Position numbers and translations under genes: made by a program. 64,000 nucleotides of DNA, taken from positions 1,125 to 65,124 of the forward strand of contig JACPZW010000009.1 in the NCBI GenBank assembly GCA_016195265.1. The letters are read 5' to 3'. The DNA comes from Acidobacteriota bacterium. GTDB lineage: Bacteria > Acidobacteriota > Vicinamibacteria > Vicinamibacterales > CAVVIG01. The notes below the pieces were generated by a model. That model saw nothing but the letters and a program-made list of their open reading frames with translations. It was not told the DNA's origin and ran no database searches. This document shows, piece by piece, positions 28,475-37,915 of this stretch (position 1 is the first letter of the stretch; the number at the start of each line of letters is the position of its first letter).

Positions 28475-29674
28475 CTACTTGAACCATCCCGACGCGCTCG
28501 ACACGGGCAGCGTCACGCGAAACCGCGTGCCCACGCCCGGCGTGCTGTTCACATCGATCCGGCCGTCGTGCGCGTCCACGATCTTCCGCACGATCGCGAG
28601 GCCGAGCCCCGAGCCCTGCGGCTTGGTCGTGAAGAACGGATCGAAAATCTTGTCCGTCACTTCCACCGGCAACCCGGGACCGTTGTCCTCCACGTCCACG
28701 ATGACCATCGGCGTCGGCGCCGGCGACGTCGCCGCGGCGAAGGCCGGATCCGCTTCGACGAGTTTCGAGAGCGCCGTGATGACGAGGCGCCCTTTTCCCT
28801 CGAGCGCCTCGAAGGCGTTCGTGATCAGATTCGTAAAGACCTGGCTGAGCTGGTGGTCATCGCACTCGATGGCGAGCCTCGGCTCGACGTCGACCTCGAC
28901 GCTCACCTCGCCCCGCGACGTTTTCGACTCGGCCATCGTCACCGCCTGCTGCAGCACCCCGGCGACGTCGGTGCGCTCGACCTGCAGGCGCACGGGCCGG
29001 ACGAACTCGAGCATTTCGACCACGATCTTGTTGGCCAGCTTGGCTTCGCTGAGGATGTCGGCGAGTAGCGACTGCGCGTCCTTCGAGTCGGGCACCTGGC
29101 GCCGCAGAAGGCCGGCCATGACCTCGATGCCCGCGAGCGGATTCTTCAGCTCGTGCGCGATGCCAGCCGCCATTTCGCCGAGCGACGCGAGCCGGTTCCG
29201 CAGGCGCTCGCTTTCCTCGCGCTGTTCGACCAGCGTGAGGTCCTTGAAGAACATCGCCGCGCCGATCGACACGCCGTTGTCGTCGGTCACCTGCGAGAGC
29301 GTGTAGCCGATCACGCGATCGAGGTCGCGCATCCGCAGCTCCGCGCGATTCGGCAGATGGCTCAGCTCGAAAGCCGCCGACAGCACGCGGATGATCGCGG
29401 GTCGTTCGCGCAGGACGTGGCTGAACGGCCGGCCGATGTCGCCGGCGCGCCGCGTGAGGCCGAAGATCCGGTAGGCCTCGTCGTTCATGAGGGCGACCGT
29501 GCCGTCGCGGTGAATCGCGATGACGCCGTTGCGCATGTTGCCGACGATCTGCCGGAAGAAGCGATCGTCGGGCGCCGCGTCGCGCTGCGCGGCTGGCCGG
29601 CGCGCGCGCGCGCGCGCGGGCGAAATGGGGCGGCGCGGGCGGCGGCCGTCCGAACGTTTGGGGATGTTGGACAT
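28475..29674 (-). CDS. Cytoplasmic PAS sensor histidine kinase (NtrB-like)
   Basis: A PAS domain (FRQIVGNMRNGVIAIHRDG), an H-box (GIAHELKNPL) and the N, G1 and G2 boxes (NLITNAFEAL, DNGPGL, GSGLGLAI). The start is the ATG at 29674. Confidence 0.88.
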   Translation of the reverse strand: MSNIPKRSDGRRPRRPISPARARARRPAAQRDAAPDDRFFRQIVGNMRNGVIAIHRDGTVALMNDEAYRIFGLTRRAGDIGRPFSHVLRERPAIIRVLSAAFELSHLPNRAELRMRDLDRVIGYTLSQVTDDNGVSIGAAMFFKDLTLVEQREESERLRNRLASLGEMAAGIAHELKNPLAGIEVMAGLLRRQVPDSKDAQSLLADILSEAKLANKIVVEMLEFVRPVRLQVERTDVAGVLQQAVTMAESKTSRGEVSVEVDVEPRLAIECDDHQLSQVFTNLITNAFEALEGKGRLVITALSKLVEADPAFAAATSPAPTPMVIVDVEDNGPGLPVEVTDKIFDPFFTTKPQGSGLGLAIVRKIVDAHDGRIDVNSTPGVGTRFRVTLPVSSASGWFK

Positions 29675-29705
29675 GATGGCGCGCACAGGCACGCGGTCAC
29701 GATGG

Positions 29706-29720
29706 GCAAATCGTGTGCCT
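29706..29720 (-). promoter_or_regulatory. Candidate sigma-54 promoter (-24/-12) for the PAS kinase/NtrC-like operon
   Basis: The minus strand reads aGGCACacgatTTGCc, with canonical GG-N10-GC spacing, about 30 nt upstream of ATG 29674. Confidence 0.4.
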
Positions 29721-29823
29721 GCGTCCTGCGTCAGTCGATCTGAAGAAACCCACATAAAATCAGCGGGTTAGAGGTACGAAGCCCGAACAATGATAACAAA
29801 ATTGTAATGCGATTACGATCTTG

Positions 29824-31866
29824 TCAAGGCTCCGTGGCGAGGTCGGTCGCGGTTTGCAGTTCTTCCCATTGATGCATTAGGCCGCCGACCTGCCACATCA
29901 GGGCCTGATGACGGTCGATGACCGGCTGCGCCGCCGCGCGATTGTCGTAGAAGCCCGGCGCGGCCATCTCCTGTTCGATCGTCCGGAGCGACGCTTCGCA
30001 CTCGGCGATGCGCGCCTCGATCTCTTCGAGCCGCGTGCGGCGCGCATGCGCCGCGCGATTCTTCTTCCGCGCCTCGGCGTCGACTTTTTTCCGCTCTTCG
30101 CGTGACGGCTTCTGCGGATCGGCAGGAGGTGTAGGCCGGGTCCTTTGGACCCGGCTGCCAGGCGGGTCCGAAAGGACCCGCCCCACGTCTTTTTTCTTCC
30201 CGACCTGCCCCTGCTGCCTCTCCCGCCCCTCCTGCCTCTCCTGCCCGTCCCGCCTATCGTCCCGGTGTTCCTTGTGCCAGAGGAATTCCTTGTAGGTTCC
30301 CGGGAACGCGGTCGCCTCGCCGTGGCCGATCTCGATGATCTTGGTCGCGAGCCGTTCGACGAAATACCGATCGTGCGACACGAAGATCAGCGTCCCGCCG
30401 TAGTCGACCAGCGCGTCGAGCAGGACTTCCTTCGAGTCGAGATCGAGATGGTTCGTCGGCTCGTCGAGCAACAGGGTGTTCGACGGCCGCAGCAGCATGC
30501 GCGCCACGGCGAGGCGGGTGCGTTCGCCGCCGGACAGCACGCGCACGGGCTTGTACACATCGTCGCCCGAGAACAGAAAGCCGCCGAGGATGTTGCGGAT
30601 CATCGGCACCATTTGCAGCGGCGATCCGGAGGAGAGGGTTTCGTAGACGGTCGGGCCCGGATCCAGCCGCGTCGCTTCGTCCTGCGCGAAGTACTGCATG
30701 ACGACGTTGTGGCCCGGCGTGCGCTGGCCGGCGCCGGGCGCTTCCTCGCCGGACAGCATCCGCATCAGCGTCGACTTGCCGACGCCGTTGGGGCCGACGA
30801 GCGCGGTTCGGTCGCCCCGCTCGATGTGCAGGTTGAGATCCTTGAACACGACGAGGTCGCCGTACGCCTTGCGCGCGTGCGTGAGCTCGAGGACGGTCCG
30901 GCCGCTCTTGGCGCAGACCGGGAAATCGAAATGGATCTTCTTGCGCTCGGGCGGCACTTCGATCGGCACGACCTTCTCGAGCATCTTGATCCGGCTCTGC
31001 ACCTGCGACGCCTTGGTCGCCTGATACCGGAACCGGTCGATGAACATCTTCACGCGCGCGATTTCCTCGTCCTGCTCGCGCTTGGCTTTCCGTAGGGTCT
31101 CGATGCGCTCGTGATGCTCGACGAGGTACCCGCTGTAGTTCGTGTGGTAATCGGTCAGCGTGCGCAGCGTCAGATCGGCGATGCGCGTGACGACCGCGTC
31201 GAGGAAGAACCGATCGTGCGACACGAGGATCACCGCGTGCGGGTAGGCGTTGAGGTACTCCTCGAGCCAGTTGCGCGCCTCGAGGTCCAGGTGGTTCGTC
31301 GGCTCGTCGAGGAGGAGCAGGTTCGGCTGGCCCAGCAGCAGTTTGGCGAGCGCGATGCGCATCTGCCAGCCGCCGGAGAAGGTCTCGGTCGGCCGCACGA
31401 GATCACGCTGCGAAAAACCGAGGCCCTGGAGCACGGTGGCGGTCTTCAGTTCGATGCTGTAGCCGTCCCGCACGCGAAACGCGTCTTGCAGATCGCTGTA
31501 GCGGTGCAGCATCGCGTCGTGCTCGGCTTCGGGGATCCCCTGATCGCCGAGCCGCGCCTCGAGCGCGTGCATCTCGGCCTTCATGTCGAGCAGCACGCCG
31601 AACGCGCTCGACGCTTCCTCGAAGACCGTGTGTCCGCTGTGGGTGAGTCCGTCCTGCGGGAGGTACCCGACGGTCAGCGCCGCCGGTTTGAGGATCGCGC
31701 CCGAGTCGGGCTCGTCGAGCCCGGCCATCATCCGCATCAGCGTCGTCTTGCCGGCCCCGTTCGGGCCGCACAGGCCGACGCGCTCGCGATCAGTGATCTG
31801 CCACGTGACGTGATCGAACAGGACGCGATCGCCGAAGGACTTCGTGAGCTCCGAGAGCTGGATCAT
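29824..31866 (-). CDS. ABC-F family ATPase with two ABC domains and a C-terminal coiled coil
   Basis: Walker A motifs GPNGAGKTT and GPNGVGKST, signature motifs LSGGWQMR and LSGGERTR, and no transmembrane segments. The ATG overlaps the upstream stop codon (ATGA). Confidence 0.9.
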   Translation of the reverse strand: MIQLSELTKSFGDRVLFDHVTWQITDRERVGLCGPNGAGKTTLMRMMAGLDEPDSGAILKPAALTVGYLPQDGLTHSGHTVFEEASSAFGVLLDMKAEMHALEARLGDQGIPEAEHDAMLHRYSDLQDAFRVRDGYSIELKTATVLQGLGFSQRDLVRPTETFSGGWQMRIALAKLLLGQPNLLLLDEPTNHLDLEARNWLEEYLNAYPHAVILVSHDRFFLDAVVTRIADLTLRTLTDYHTNYSGYLVEHHERIETLRKAKREQDEEIARVKMFIDRFRYQATKASQVQSRIKMLEKVVPIEVPPERKKIHFDFPVCAKSGRTVLELTHARKAYGDLVVFKDLNLHIERGDRTALVGPNGVGKSTLMRMLSGEEAPGAGQRTPGHNVVMQYFAQDEATRLDPGPTVYETLSSGSPLQMVPMIRNILGGFLFSGDDVYKPVRVLSGGERTRLAVARMLLRPSNTLLLDEPTNHLDLDSKEVLLDALVDYGGTLIFVSHDRYFVERLATKIIEIGHGEATAFPGTYKEFLWHKEHRDDRRDGQERQEGRERQQGQVGKKKDVGRVLSDPPGSRVQRTRPTPPADPQKPSREERKKVDAEARKKNRAAHARRTRLEEIEARIAECEASLRTIEQEMAAPGFYDNRAAAQPVIDRHQALMWQVGGLMHQWEELQTATDLATEP
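30131..30254. repeat. REPIN plus G/C heptad tract inside the ABC-F coding sequence
   Basis: The REPIN is GTAGGCCGGGTCCTTTGGACCCGGC-tgccag-GCGGGTCCGAAAGGACCCGCCCCAC (30131-30186). A CTGCC-rich periodic tract follows at 30205-30254. On the minus strand the whole block is read in frame. Confidence 0.8.
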
Positions 31867-32453
31867 TCTCCAAGAGCTTTGGCGGCCGCGGCGAGCACCT
31901 GGGGAACGCGGAACGGCTTGGTGAGGTATCCGGCGACGCCGAGGTTCACCGCCTCGATCGCGCTCGATTCGGTGGAGAAGCCGGTGATGATGATCACCGG
32001 GAGATCCGCCTTGTAGCGCTTCGCTTCGCGAATCACGGTCAGGCCGTCCATCCCGGGCATCTTCAGGTCCGCGATCAGCAGGTCGTAGGGATAGAGCCGC
32101 ATCCGCTCGAGCGCGGAGCGGCCGTCGGGCGCGACGTCCACGTCGTACTCGGCGAGCGCGAGCGTCTTCGCGAGCAGATCGCGGATGCTGGCCTCGTCGT
32201 CGACGACGAGCACGCGCGGGCGCGCGCTCGCGGAGGGTACGGGCCGGGCGGGCGCCGAGGCGGCGGCTCTCGCCCCGCCGCGCGGGCGCTGACTGTCGAG
32301 CCAGGCGTCGATGTCGCGCTTGCGGAACCGCCACTGGCGGCCGACGCGCACGGCGGGGATCTTGCCGGCCTTGATCAGCCGGTAGACCGTCCGCAGGTTG
32401 ACCTGGAGATACTCCAGGACTTCTTCCGTGGTGAGAAACGTTTCGTCCATCAT
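31863..32453 (-). CDS. Response regulator with an N-terminal excisionase/MerR-type HTH and a C-terminal receiver domain
   Basis: The HTH is LTTEEVLEYLQVNLRTVYRLIKAGKIPAVRVGRQWRF. The REC domain is VLVVDDE...DLLIADLKMPGMDG...TKP. Confidence 0.85.
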   Translation of the reverse strand: MMDETFLTTEEVLEYLQVNLRTVYRLIKAGKIPAVRVGRQWRFRKRDIDAWLDSQRPRGGARAAASAPARPVPSASARPRVLVVDDEASIRDLLAKTLALAEYDVDVAPDGRSALERMRLYPYDLLIADLKMPGMDGLTVIREAKRYKADLPVIIITGFSTESSAIEAVNLGVAGYLTKPFRVPQVLAAAAKALGE

Positions 32454-32456
32454 GCG

Positions 32457-34559
32457 TCAGCGTCCTGGCGGCGGCGCCTTCGGCAGCTCGACCGTGAAGA
32501 TCGCGCCGCCGTCGGGGTGGTTACCGGCAACGATCTGGCCGCCGTGCTCCTGCACGATCCCGTACGCGATGGCCAGACCGAGCCCCGTTCCTTTGCCCAC
32601 TTCCTTCGTCGTGTAGAACGGCTCGAAGATCCGCGAGAGCGTGTCCTCGGGAATCCCGGTGCCGGTGTCGCGCACAGTCGCGATGATCCGATCGCCCGAG
32701 GGCATGACGGCGGTCCGGATCTCGATCGTGCCGCTGCGGCCTGTGGACGCGATCGCGTGCTCGGCGTTCATCACCATGTTCAGGAACACCTGATGGAGCA
32801 GCAGCGGGTCGCTCTTCACGCGCGGCAGCTGCTCGTCATAGTGTCGCACGACTTCGATGTCCGCGGCACGGCAGGCGGGCGCGCGCAGCGCAAGCACCTT
32901 CTGCAGGATGGCGTTCAGGCTCATCGAGCGCAGCGTCAGCCGGCGCGAGCCGGCGAACACCAGCAGGTTGCGCACAATCTTTGCGGCGCGGTCGGCTTCA
33001 CGGTAAATCGTCTGCACTTCGCGGCGCAGCTGCTTGGGGAACGCTCCGGTCGTGCGGAGCAGCTCCAGGTGGCCGAGCACGCCCTGCAGCGGGTTGTTCA
33101 GCTCGTGCGCGATCCCGGCCACGAACTGGCCCAGCGCCGCGAGTTTCTCGGACTGGGTCAGCCGCTTGCGCAGTTCCTCGCGCTCCGCTTCAAGCTGCGT
33201 CTGCGGCGTCAGCTCGCGGGCGACGATCACGCAGCCGACCGGCTCCCGCTCGTGGTTCACCAGGTCGGTCACGGTCACGACGAAGCGGCCGTTGAGCATC
33301 GCGTCCGTGATCTCGGCCGTCGTCGCCGAGCTACCCGTCTTCGCGTGGCGCGCCGTCTGATGATGCTCCAGCCATCCGGCCAGCTCCGGCCCGATGTGAT
33401 CGGCGAGCGGCTGATCGACCAGATCGTGCCGCCGGCGCCCGAGGCGCGCCGCAAACGCCTGGTTCACGTGCACGATCCGGCCGCGTGTGTCGGACACGGC
33501 CACCAGGTGCGAGATCGAGTCGAACGTGTTCTCGAGCTCGCGCCGGGCGCGGGTGACGTCGTCGAGCAGCTGCATGTTCTCGATGGCGCTCGACAGCTGG
33601 CGGCCCAGCTCGTCGGCGCGATCGAGCAGGTCGAGCTCGCCGCCAGTTTCCACGCGCACGCCGTCGAACACGATCGTGCCGAGCGCCCGCCGGCACCCCC
33701 GGAGCGGCACCGTCACCATCGCCGTCACGTCGTCGGCCGACGCCGGGACGATCTCGGCGCGTGTCCGCCGCATCGCGGCGGCCGCGGGCGCCGTCGCGTC
33801 CTCCGCGCTGACCCGGGTGCCACGCGCGACGATCTCCGTATCGGACGACGCCTGGAGCACGAGGTGACGCGCGCGCCGGTCGTGAATCCAGACCGAGGTG
33901 CAATCAGCCGCGAACAACCGGTTGGCGCCGTGACAGAAGATGTCCAGCCCCGCCGCGAGGTTCAGCGTCGCGGCCAGGCTCGCGGAGAACTCCTCGAGCA
34001 GCCCGCGGACGTCGCGCTGCAATTCCTCGCTCTGGCGCAGATGGAGCAGCTCGAGCGCGGCGAGAAACGCGTCCGCCGCTTCGACGGCGTTGTCCAGCAG
34101 GTCCGATCCCGACGGCGGGCTCGCGAAACCGACCGCGAGCAGGCCGACGCGCTCCGACGAGCGGACGAGCGGCAGCAGCACCGCGCTGCGGCAGTTGAGG
34201 CGCGCGGCGAGATCCGGCATCTGCCGATCGGCGTCGGCGACGAGCGTCGGTCCCGGCCGCTCGAACACGCCGGCGACGACCGCGGCCTCGCTTTTCGCCG
34301 GCTGCCAGGGGTCGGTGCGCAGCGTGTCGAGCCCGAATCCCGACGTCGCCTGCAGGATGCCGTTGCGGGGATTGTGCTGAAACAGGAGCGAGCACGAGCC
34401 GCCGGTCATGTCGAGCGCGTGCTGGTGCAGGTGCGGCAGCAGGTCGTTCGCCCGCGCCGAATACACCAGCCGTGAAAGCAAAGGGCGCTCTTCGGCGCCT
34501 GCCTGGGCCCCGGACGCGGGGCCCGGTGTGCGTCGCGGAATGTCGATCTCACGGGGCAT
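32457..34559 (-). CDS. GAF/PAS sensor histidine kinase
   Basis: An H-box (GIAHELNNPL) and N/G boxes (NMVMNAEHAI, DTGTGI, GTGLGLAI). The upstream region is GAF-like and PAS-like. The start is the ATG at 34559. Confidence 0.88.
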   Translation of the reverse strand: MPREIDIPRRTPGPASGAQAGAEERPLLSRLVYSARANDLLPHLHQHALDMTGGSCSLLFQHNPRNGILQATSGFGLDTLRTDPWQPAKSEAAVVAGVFERPGPTLVADADRQMPDLAARLNCRSAVLLPLVRSSERVGLLAVGFASPPSGSDLLDNAVEAADAFLAALELLHLRQSEELQRDVRGLLEEFSASLAATLNLAAGLDIFCHGANRLFAADCTSVWIHDRRARHLVLQASSDTEIVARGTRVSAEDATAPAAAAMRRTRAEIVPASADDVTAMVTVPLRGCRRALGTIVFDGVRVETGGELDLLDRADELGRQLSSAIENMQLLDDVTRARRELENTFDSISHLVAVSDTRGRIVHVNQAFAARLGRRRHDLVDQPLADHIGPELAGWLEHHQTARHAKTGSSATTAEITDAMLNGRFVVTVTDLVNHEREPVGCVIVARELTPQTQLEAEREELRKRLTQSEKLAALGQFVAGIAHELNNPLQGVLGHLELLRTTGAFPKQLRREVQTIYREADRAAKIVRNLLVFAGSRRLTLRSMSLNAILQKVLALRAPACRAADIEVVRHYDEQLPRVKSDPLLLHQVFLNMVMNAEHAIASTGRSGTIEIRTAVMPSGDRIIATVRDTGTGIPEDTLSRIFEPFYTTKEVGKGTGLGLAIAYGIVQEHGGQIVAGNHPDGGAIFTVELPKAPPPGR

Positions 34560-34790
34560 GATGGATGTCGGGAGGGCCGGCCGGCCGTCGTGTCCGGATT
34601 CTACTGCGATCGATCGGCGCAATCCAACTGCAGGCGGGCGCCGTACCCGGCCGTCGCGTGCCGGTAACCCAGCCGCCAACAGTCGGTTAGCCGGCAGCGA
34701 ACTATAATTGCTTCACCCGGCCGCCGACCCGGCTGAGCGGCGGGGTACGCCGTCTTAACAACCGAGAAGAGAGGACCTTCCGCGCTCCGC

Positions 34791-35399
34791 ATGACGTGGA
34801 CGGACGAAGAGCTCGTCGCGCGCTCGATACGCGGCGATGCCAACAGCTTCAACGAGCTCATCCTGCGATGGGAAGGGCCCATTTATGCCCTCGCGTACCG
34901 CACGATCGGTCGCGAAGAGGATGCGAGAGACGTGTGTCAGGAGACGTTCCTGCGCGCGTTCCGCGCCCTGCCGCGGTTCCGCGGCGAGGCAAAGTTCTCG
35001 TCGTGGCTGTATCGCATCGCGTTGAATCTGTGCCGCGACTGGATCCGGCGCGAGCGTCGCACGCCGGTCGTGCAGCCGCCCGAGGACGTCGACCTGATGG
35101 AGCTGGCGGCGGCGGCCGAGCCCTCGGAGTCGGTGGAGGATCTGGTCCAGCGCAAGGATCTCGCGCGGGCCATGGAGCGGGCGATGGCGCGGCTTCCGGA
35201 GGAGCAACGGACGGCGATCGTGCTGAAGGAATATCACGGGCTGACGTTCCAGGAAATCGCGGAGCTGGTCGGCTGCCCGTTGAGTACGGTAAAGACGCGC
35301 TTGTATCAGGGGCTGACGGTGCTGCGTCGCGAGCTGGCGAAGAATCCCAACGCGCCCAAGGCGCCGGTTTTCAACATCAGGGGAAACGACCGTGACTGA
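34791..35399 (+). CDS. ECF sigma factor
   Basis: Region 2 is DVCQETFLRAFRAL...FSSWLYRIALNLCRDW. Region 4 is LTFQEIAELVGCPLSTVKTRLYQG. Confidence 0.92.
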   Translation: MTWTDEELVARSIRGDANSFNELILRWEGPIYALAYRTIGREEDARDVCQETFLRAFRALPRFRGEAKFSSWLYRIALNLCRDWIRRERRTPVVQPPEDVDLMELAAAAEPSESVEDLVQRKDLARAMERAMARLPEEQRTAIVLKEYHGLTFQEIAELVGCPLSTVKTRLYQGLTVLRRELAKNPNAPKAPVFNIRGNDRD

Positions 35400-36156
35400 G
35401 ATGGTGTGCAGCTACGCGGGCGATCGCGACGACGCGATGATCGCCTATCTCTACGACGATGGCGACGCGGCGGTGCGCGCCGGATTCGAGGCGCACCTGG
35501 CCGCCTGCGCGCGGTGCCGCGAGGAAGTGGACGCGCTGCGCCGCGTGCGCAGTCAGCTCGCGCGCTGGGCTCCGCCTGAAGTGGACTTCATCACCAGCCA
35601 CCAGTCACCGGCCACCAGTCACCGTGCCTGGTGGCACGAGATTCCGGCGTGGGCGCAGGTGGCCGCCGCGCTGCTCGTCCTCGGCGTGTCGGCGGGCATC
35701 GCGAATCTCGACGTGCGGTACGACAGCAACGGCCTCAGCGTGCACACCGGCTGGGCGAAGCCCGCCGGTCCGGCGCCGCGCGCCGCGCAGACGGCCGACG
35801 CCGCGGCGCCGTGGCGCGCGGAGTTGACCGCGCTCGAGCAGCAGCTGCGCGGCGAAATCCGGGCCGTGCCCGCGAGCGCCCCGGCGCCGGTGAACGCGGC
35901 GGCGCCGCGTCCGGCGTCCAGCGACGCGGAGATGCTGCGCCGCGTGCGCGCGCTGCTCGACGAGAGCGAGAAGCGGCAGCAGCGCGAGCTCGCGCTGCGC
36001 GTCGGCGAAGTGCTGCGCGATTTCAACGCCGCGCGGCAGGCGGATTTGCGGACGATCGATCGCAACCTGAACGACGCGCAGAACCGCCTCGGCGTGGAAG
36101 TGCTCAGACAGCGTGAGAACCTGAACATGCTCATGCGTGTATCGCAAAGACAGTAG
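35392..36156 (+). CDS. Anti-sigma factor (zf-HC2 type, single transmembrane segment)
   Basis: HLAACARCREEVDAL is the zinc-finger motif, and the transmembrane segment is WAQVAAALLVLGVSAGIA. The gene is adjacent to, and overlaps, the ECF sigma gene. Confidence 0.8.
   Translation: MTEMVCSYAGDRDDAMIAYLYDDGDAAVRAGFEAHLAACARCREEVDALRRVRSQLARWAPPEVDFITSHQSPATSHRAWWHEIPAWAQVAAALLVLGVSAGIANLDVRYDSNGLSVHTGWAKPAGPAPRAAQTADAAAPWRAELTALEQQLRGEIRAVPASAPAPVNAAAPRPASSDAEMLRRVRALLDESEKRQQRELALRVGEVLRDFNAARQADLRTIDRNLNDAQNRLGVEVLRQRENLNMLMRVSQRQ
35592..35635. repeat. CCAGCCA-family element inside the anti-sigma coding sequence
   Basis: The sequence is caccagccaccagtcaccggccaccagtcacc. GCCACCAG (35611-18) pairs with CTGGTGGC (35628-35). 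It is translated as [14 protein letters not shown]. Confidence 0.7.
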
Positions 36157-36165
36157 GGGGAGCCT

Positions 36166-37068
36166 GTGACTTCGGTGAACAGCGTGAGAGCGGGGATCGC
36201 TATTCTGATTGGCGGGGTGCTGGCGGCGCCGGCCACGGCCGGCGCGCAGCCGGCGGCCGCGGCGAGAGTCTCGGCCGACCAGCGCCAGTCGCGGTATCAG
36301 ATCGCGCAGATGGAGCGCGTGCTGGAAGGCGCGGTCGAGCACGGCGCCACCGTGACGCGCGATCGCCTGCAGGCCGTGCTGCCGCCCAATCAGACCAGCA
36401 TGACGGGCGAGAACGCGCAGGCGCGCGGCTTCCGCCTCGAGGGCTACGGCGTGGTTTTCGACGTCATCGTGCCGCCGTTCTACACGGAGTCGACGCTGGC
36501 GTGGACGCTGCGCACGCTCGACCAGAACGACCTCGGGCTCGAGAGCGCAATCCGGCAGCTGCGCGCCAAAGCCGCCGGCGACACGGACGCAGAGCAGGCG
36601 CTCAAGCGCCTCGAGCTGCAGATGGGCCCGGCCGTGCTGGCGCGCTCGACGGCACCCGCGACCGCAGGTGCGCGCGACGCGTCGGGCGCGGCCTCCGCCG
36701 CGGCTGGCGCAGACGATCGGACGGTGGTGTCGGCGAGCACGCGGTCCGCCGCGGCGGCGAGCGTGACCCGTCCCGCGCCGGGGGCCGTTGATCCCATCCT
36801 CCAGGATCCGAACGAGGCCTATCGCACCGAGGTCACGCAGGCGCTCAAGGACGCGATGCTCGATCACAGCGCGTCGCTCGGCATCGGCCTCGACGAGTGG
36901 CTGACGATCGCGGCCAAGGGCAACGACGACCGGCCGCGGCTCGCGCCGGCCGACAGCGATTCGGCGACCCGGATCATCCGCCTGCGCGGGGCGGACCTCG
37001 CGGCGTACCTGGCGCGCCAGATCAGCCGCGACGAGGCGCTGAAACGCATTGAGGTGCGGGTGTTCTAG
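36166..37068 (+). CDS. Secreted hypothetical protein, third gene of the ECF operon
   Basis: 300-aa ORF with a signal-like N-terminus and a GGGGGA ribosome-binding site before the GTG. No domain recognised. Confidence 0.6.
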   Translation: MTSVNSVRAGIAILIGGVLAAPATAGAQPAAAARVSADQRQSRYQIAQMERVLEGAVEHGATVTRDRLQAVLPPNQTSMTGENAQARGFRLEGYGVVFDVIVPPFYTESTLAWTLRTLDQNDLGLESAIRQLRAKAAGDTDAEQALKRLELQMGPAVLARSTAPATAGARDASGAASAAAGADDRTVVSASTRSAAAASVTRPAPGAVDPILQDPNEAYRTEVTQALKDAMLDHSASLGIGLDEWLTIAAKGNDDRPRLAPADSDSATRIIRLRGADLAAYLARQISRDEALKRIEVRVF

Positions 37069-37077
37069 AATACGCGG

Positions 37078-37560
37078 ATGCGCGCGTCCGCCTGTCTGCT
37101 GCTCCTTCTGGCTTTCATCTGCGCCGGCTGCGGCCCGACCGTCGATCTGACGAAGGGCCTGCAGGTGACCATCGTCTCCACCGGCTGGTTCGACGCCGGC
37201 ATCGTCAACGGGCAGAACAAGCTCGTCCCCACGGCGTCGTTCACGCTGAAGAACGTGTCGGATCAGAAGCTCGTCACGCTGCAGATCAACGCGCTGTTCC
37301 GGCGCGTCGGCGAGAACGACGAGTGGGGGAGCGCCTTCCTGACCGCCGTCGGATCCGAGGGGCTCGCGCCGGGCGCGAGCACGGCCGTCCTCACCGCCAA
37401 ATCACAGCTCGGCTACACCGGCAGCGAGCAGACGCGCGCCGAGATGCTGCAGAACACGCATTTCGTCGACGCACGCGTGCAGCTGTTCGCGAAATACGGG
37501 TCGACGCAGTGGGTGAAGGTGGGGGAGTACCCTATCGTCCGCGAGCTGCTGACGAGGTAA
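37078..37560 (+). CDS. Lipoprotein of unknown function
   Basis: Lipobox LLLLAFICAGC|GP. Confidence 0.7.
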   Translation: MRASACLLLLLAFICAGCGPTVDLTKGLQVTIVSTGWFDAGIVNGQNKLVPTASFTLKNVSDQKLVTLQINALFRRVGENDEWGSAFLTAVGSEGLAPGASTAVLTAKSQLGYTGSEQTRAEMLQNTHFVDARVQLFAKYGSTQWVKVGEYPIVRELLTR

Positions 37561-37915
37561 GCGCCCACAGCGTCAGCAGCGCGAGCGTGCCGTCGCTGAC
37601 GGCGAACAGCAGGAACGACGTCGGCGAGTGCCGGACGGCGTAGTCGAGGATGAAGGTCAGCGCCCCCGTGCCCTTCAGCAGCGGACCCATCACCCACAGA
37701 TACATCCGTCCGCCGCGCGAATCTGGCTCGCGATAGGGAATCAGGTAGCCGGCCGCGACCGCGACCAGGAACACGCCGTTCAGATCCGCGAAGATGGGAG
37801 GCTCGGGCAGGGGCACGCCGAACAGATCCGCGAGCAGCGGCCGTCCCGCCAGCATCAACACACCGACGAGTGCGTCGTACACGGCCGAGATGGCCGCCGC
37901 CGCGCGAACCGTCAC
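37532..37915 (-). CDS. Small integral membrane protein
   Basis: 127 aa with about four hydrophobic helices. The start overlaps the PEGA gene stop codon (ATGA). Confidence 0.6.
   Translation of the reverse strand: MTVRAAAAISAVYDALVGVLMLAGRPLLADLFGVPLPEPPIFADLNGVFLVAVAAGYLIPYREPDSRGGRMYLWVMGPLLKGTGALTFILDYAVRHSPTSFLLFAVSDGTLALLTLWALTSSAARGR

Noticed and set aside
32517-34475. 652-aa plus-strand ORF
   Set aside because: It is antisense to the GAF/PAS histidine kinase and has shadow-ORF composition.
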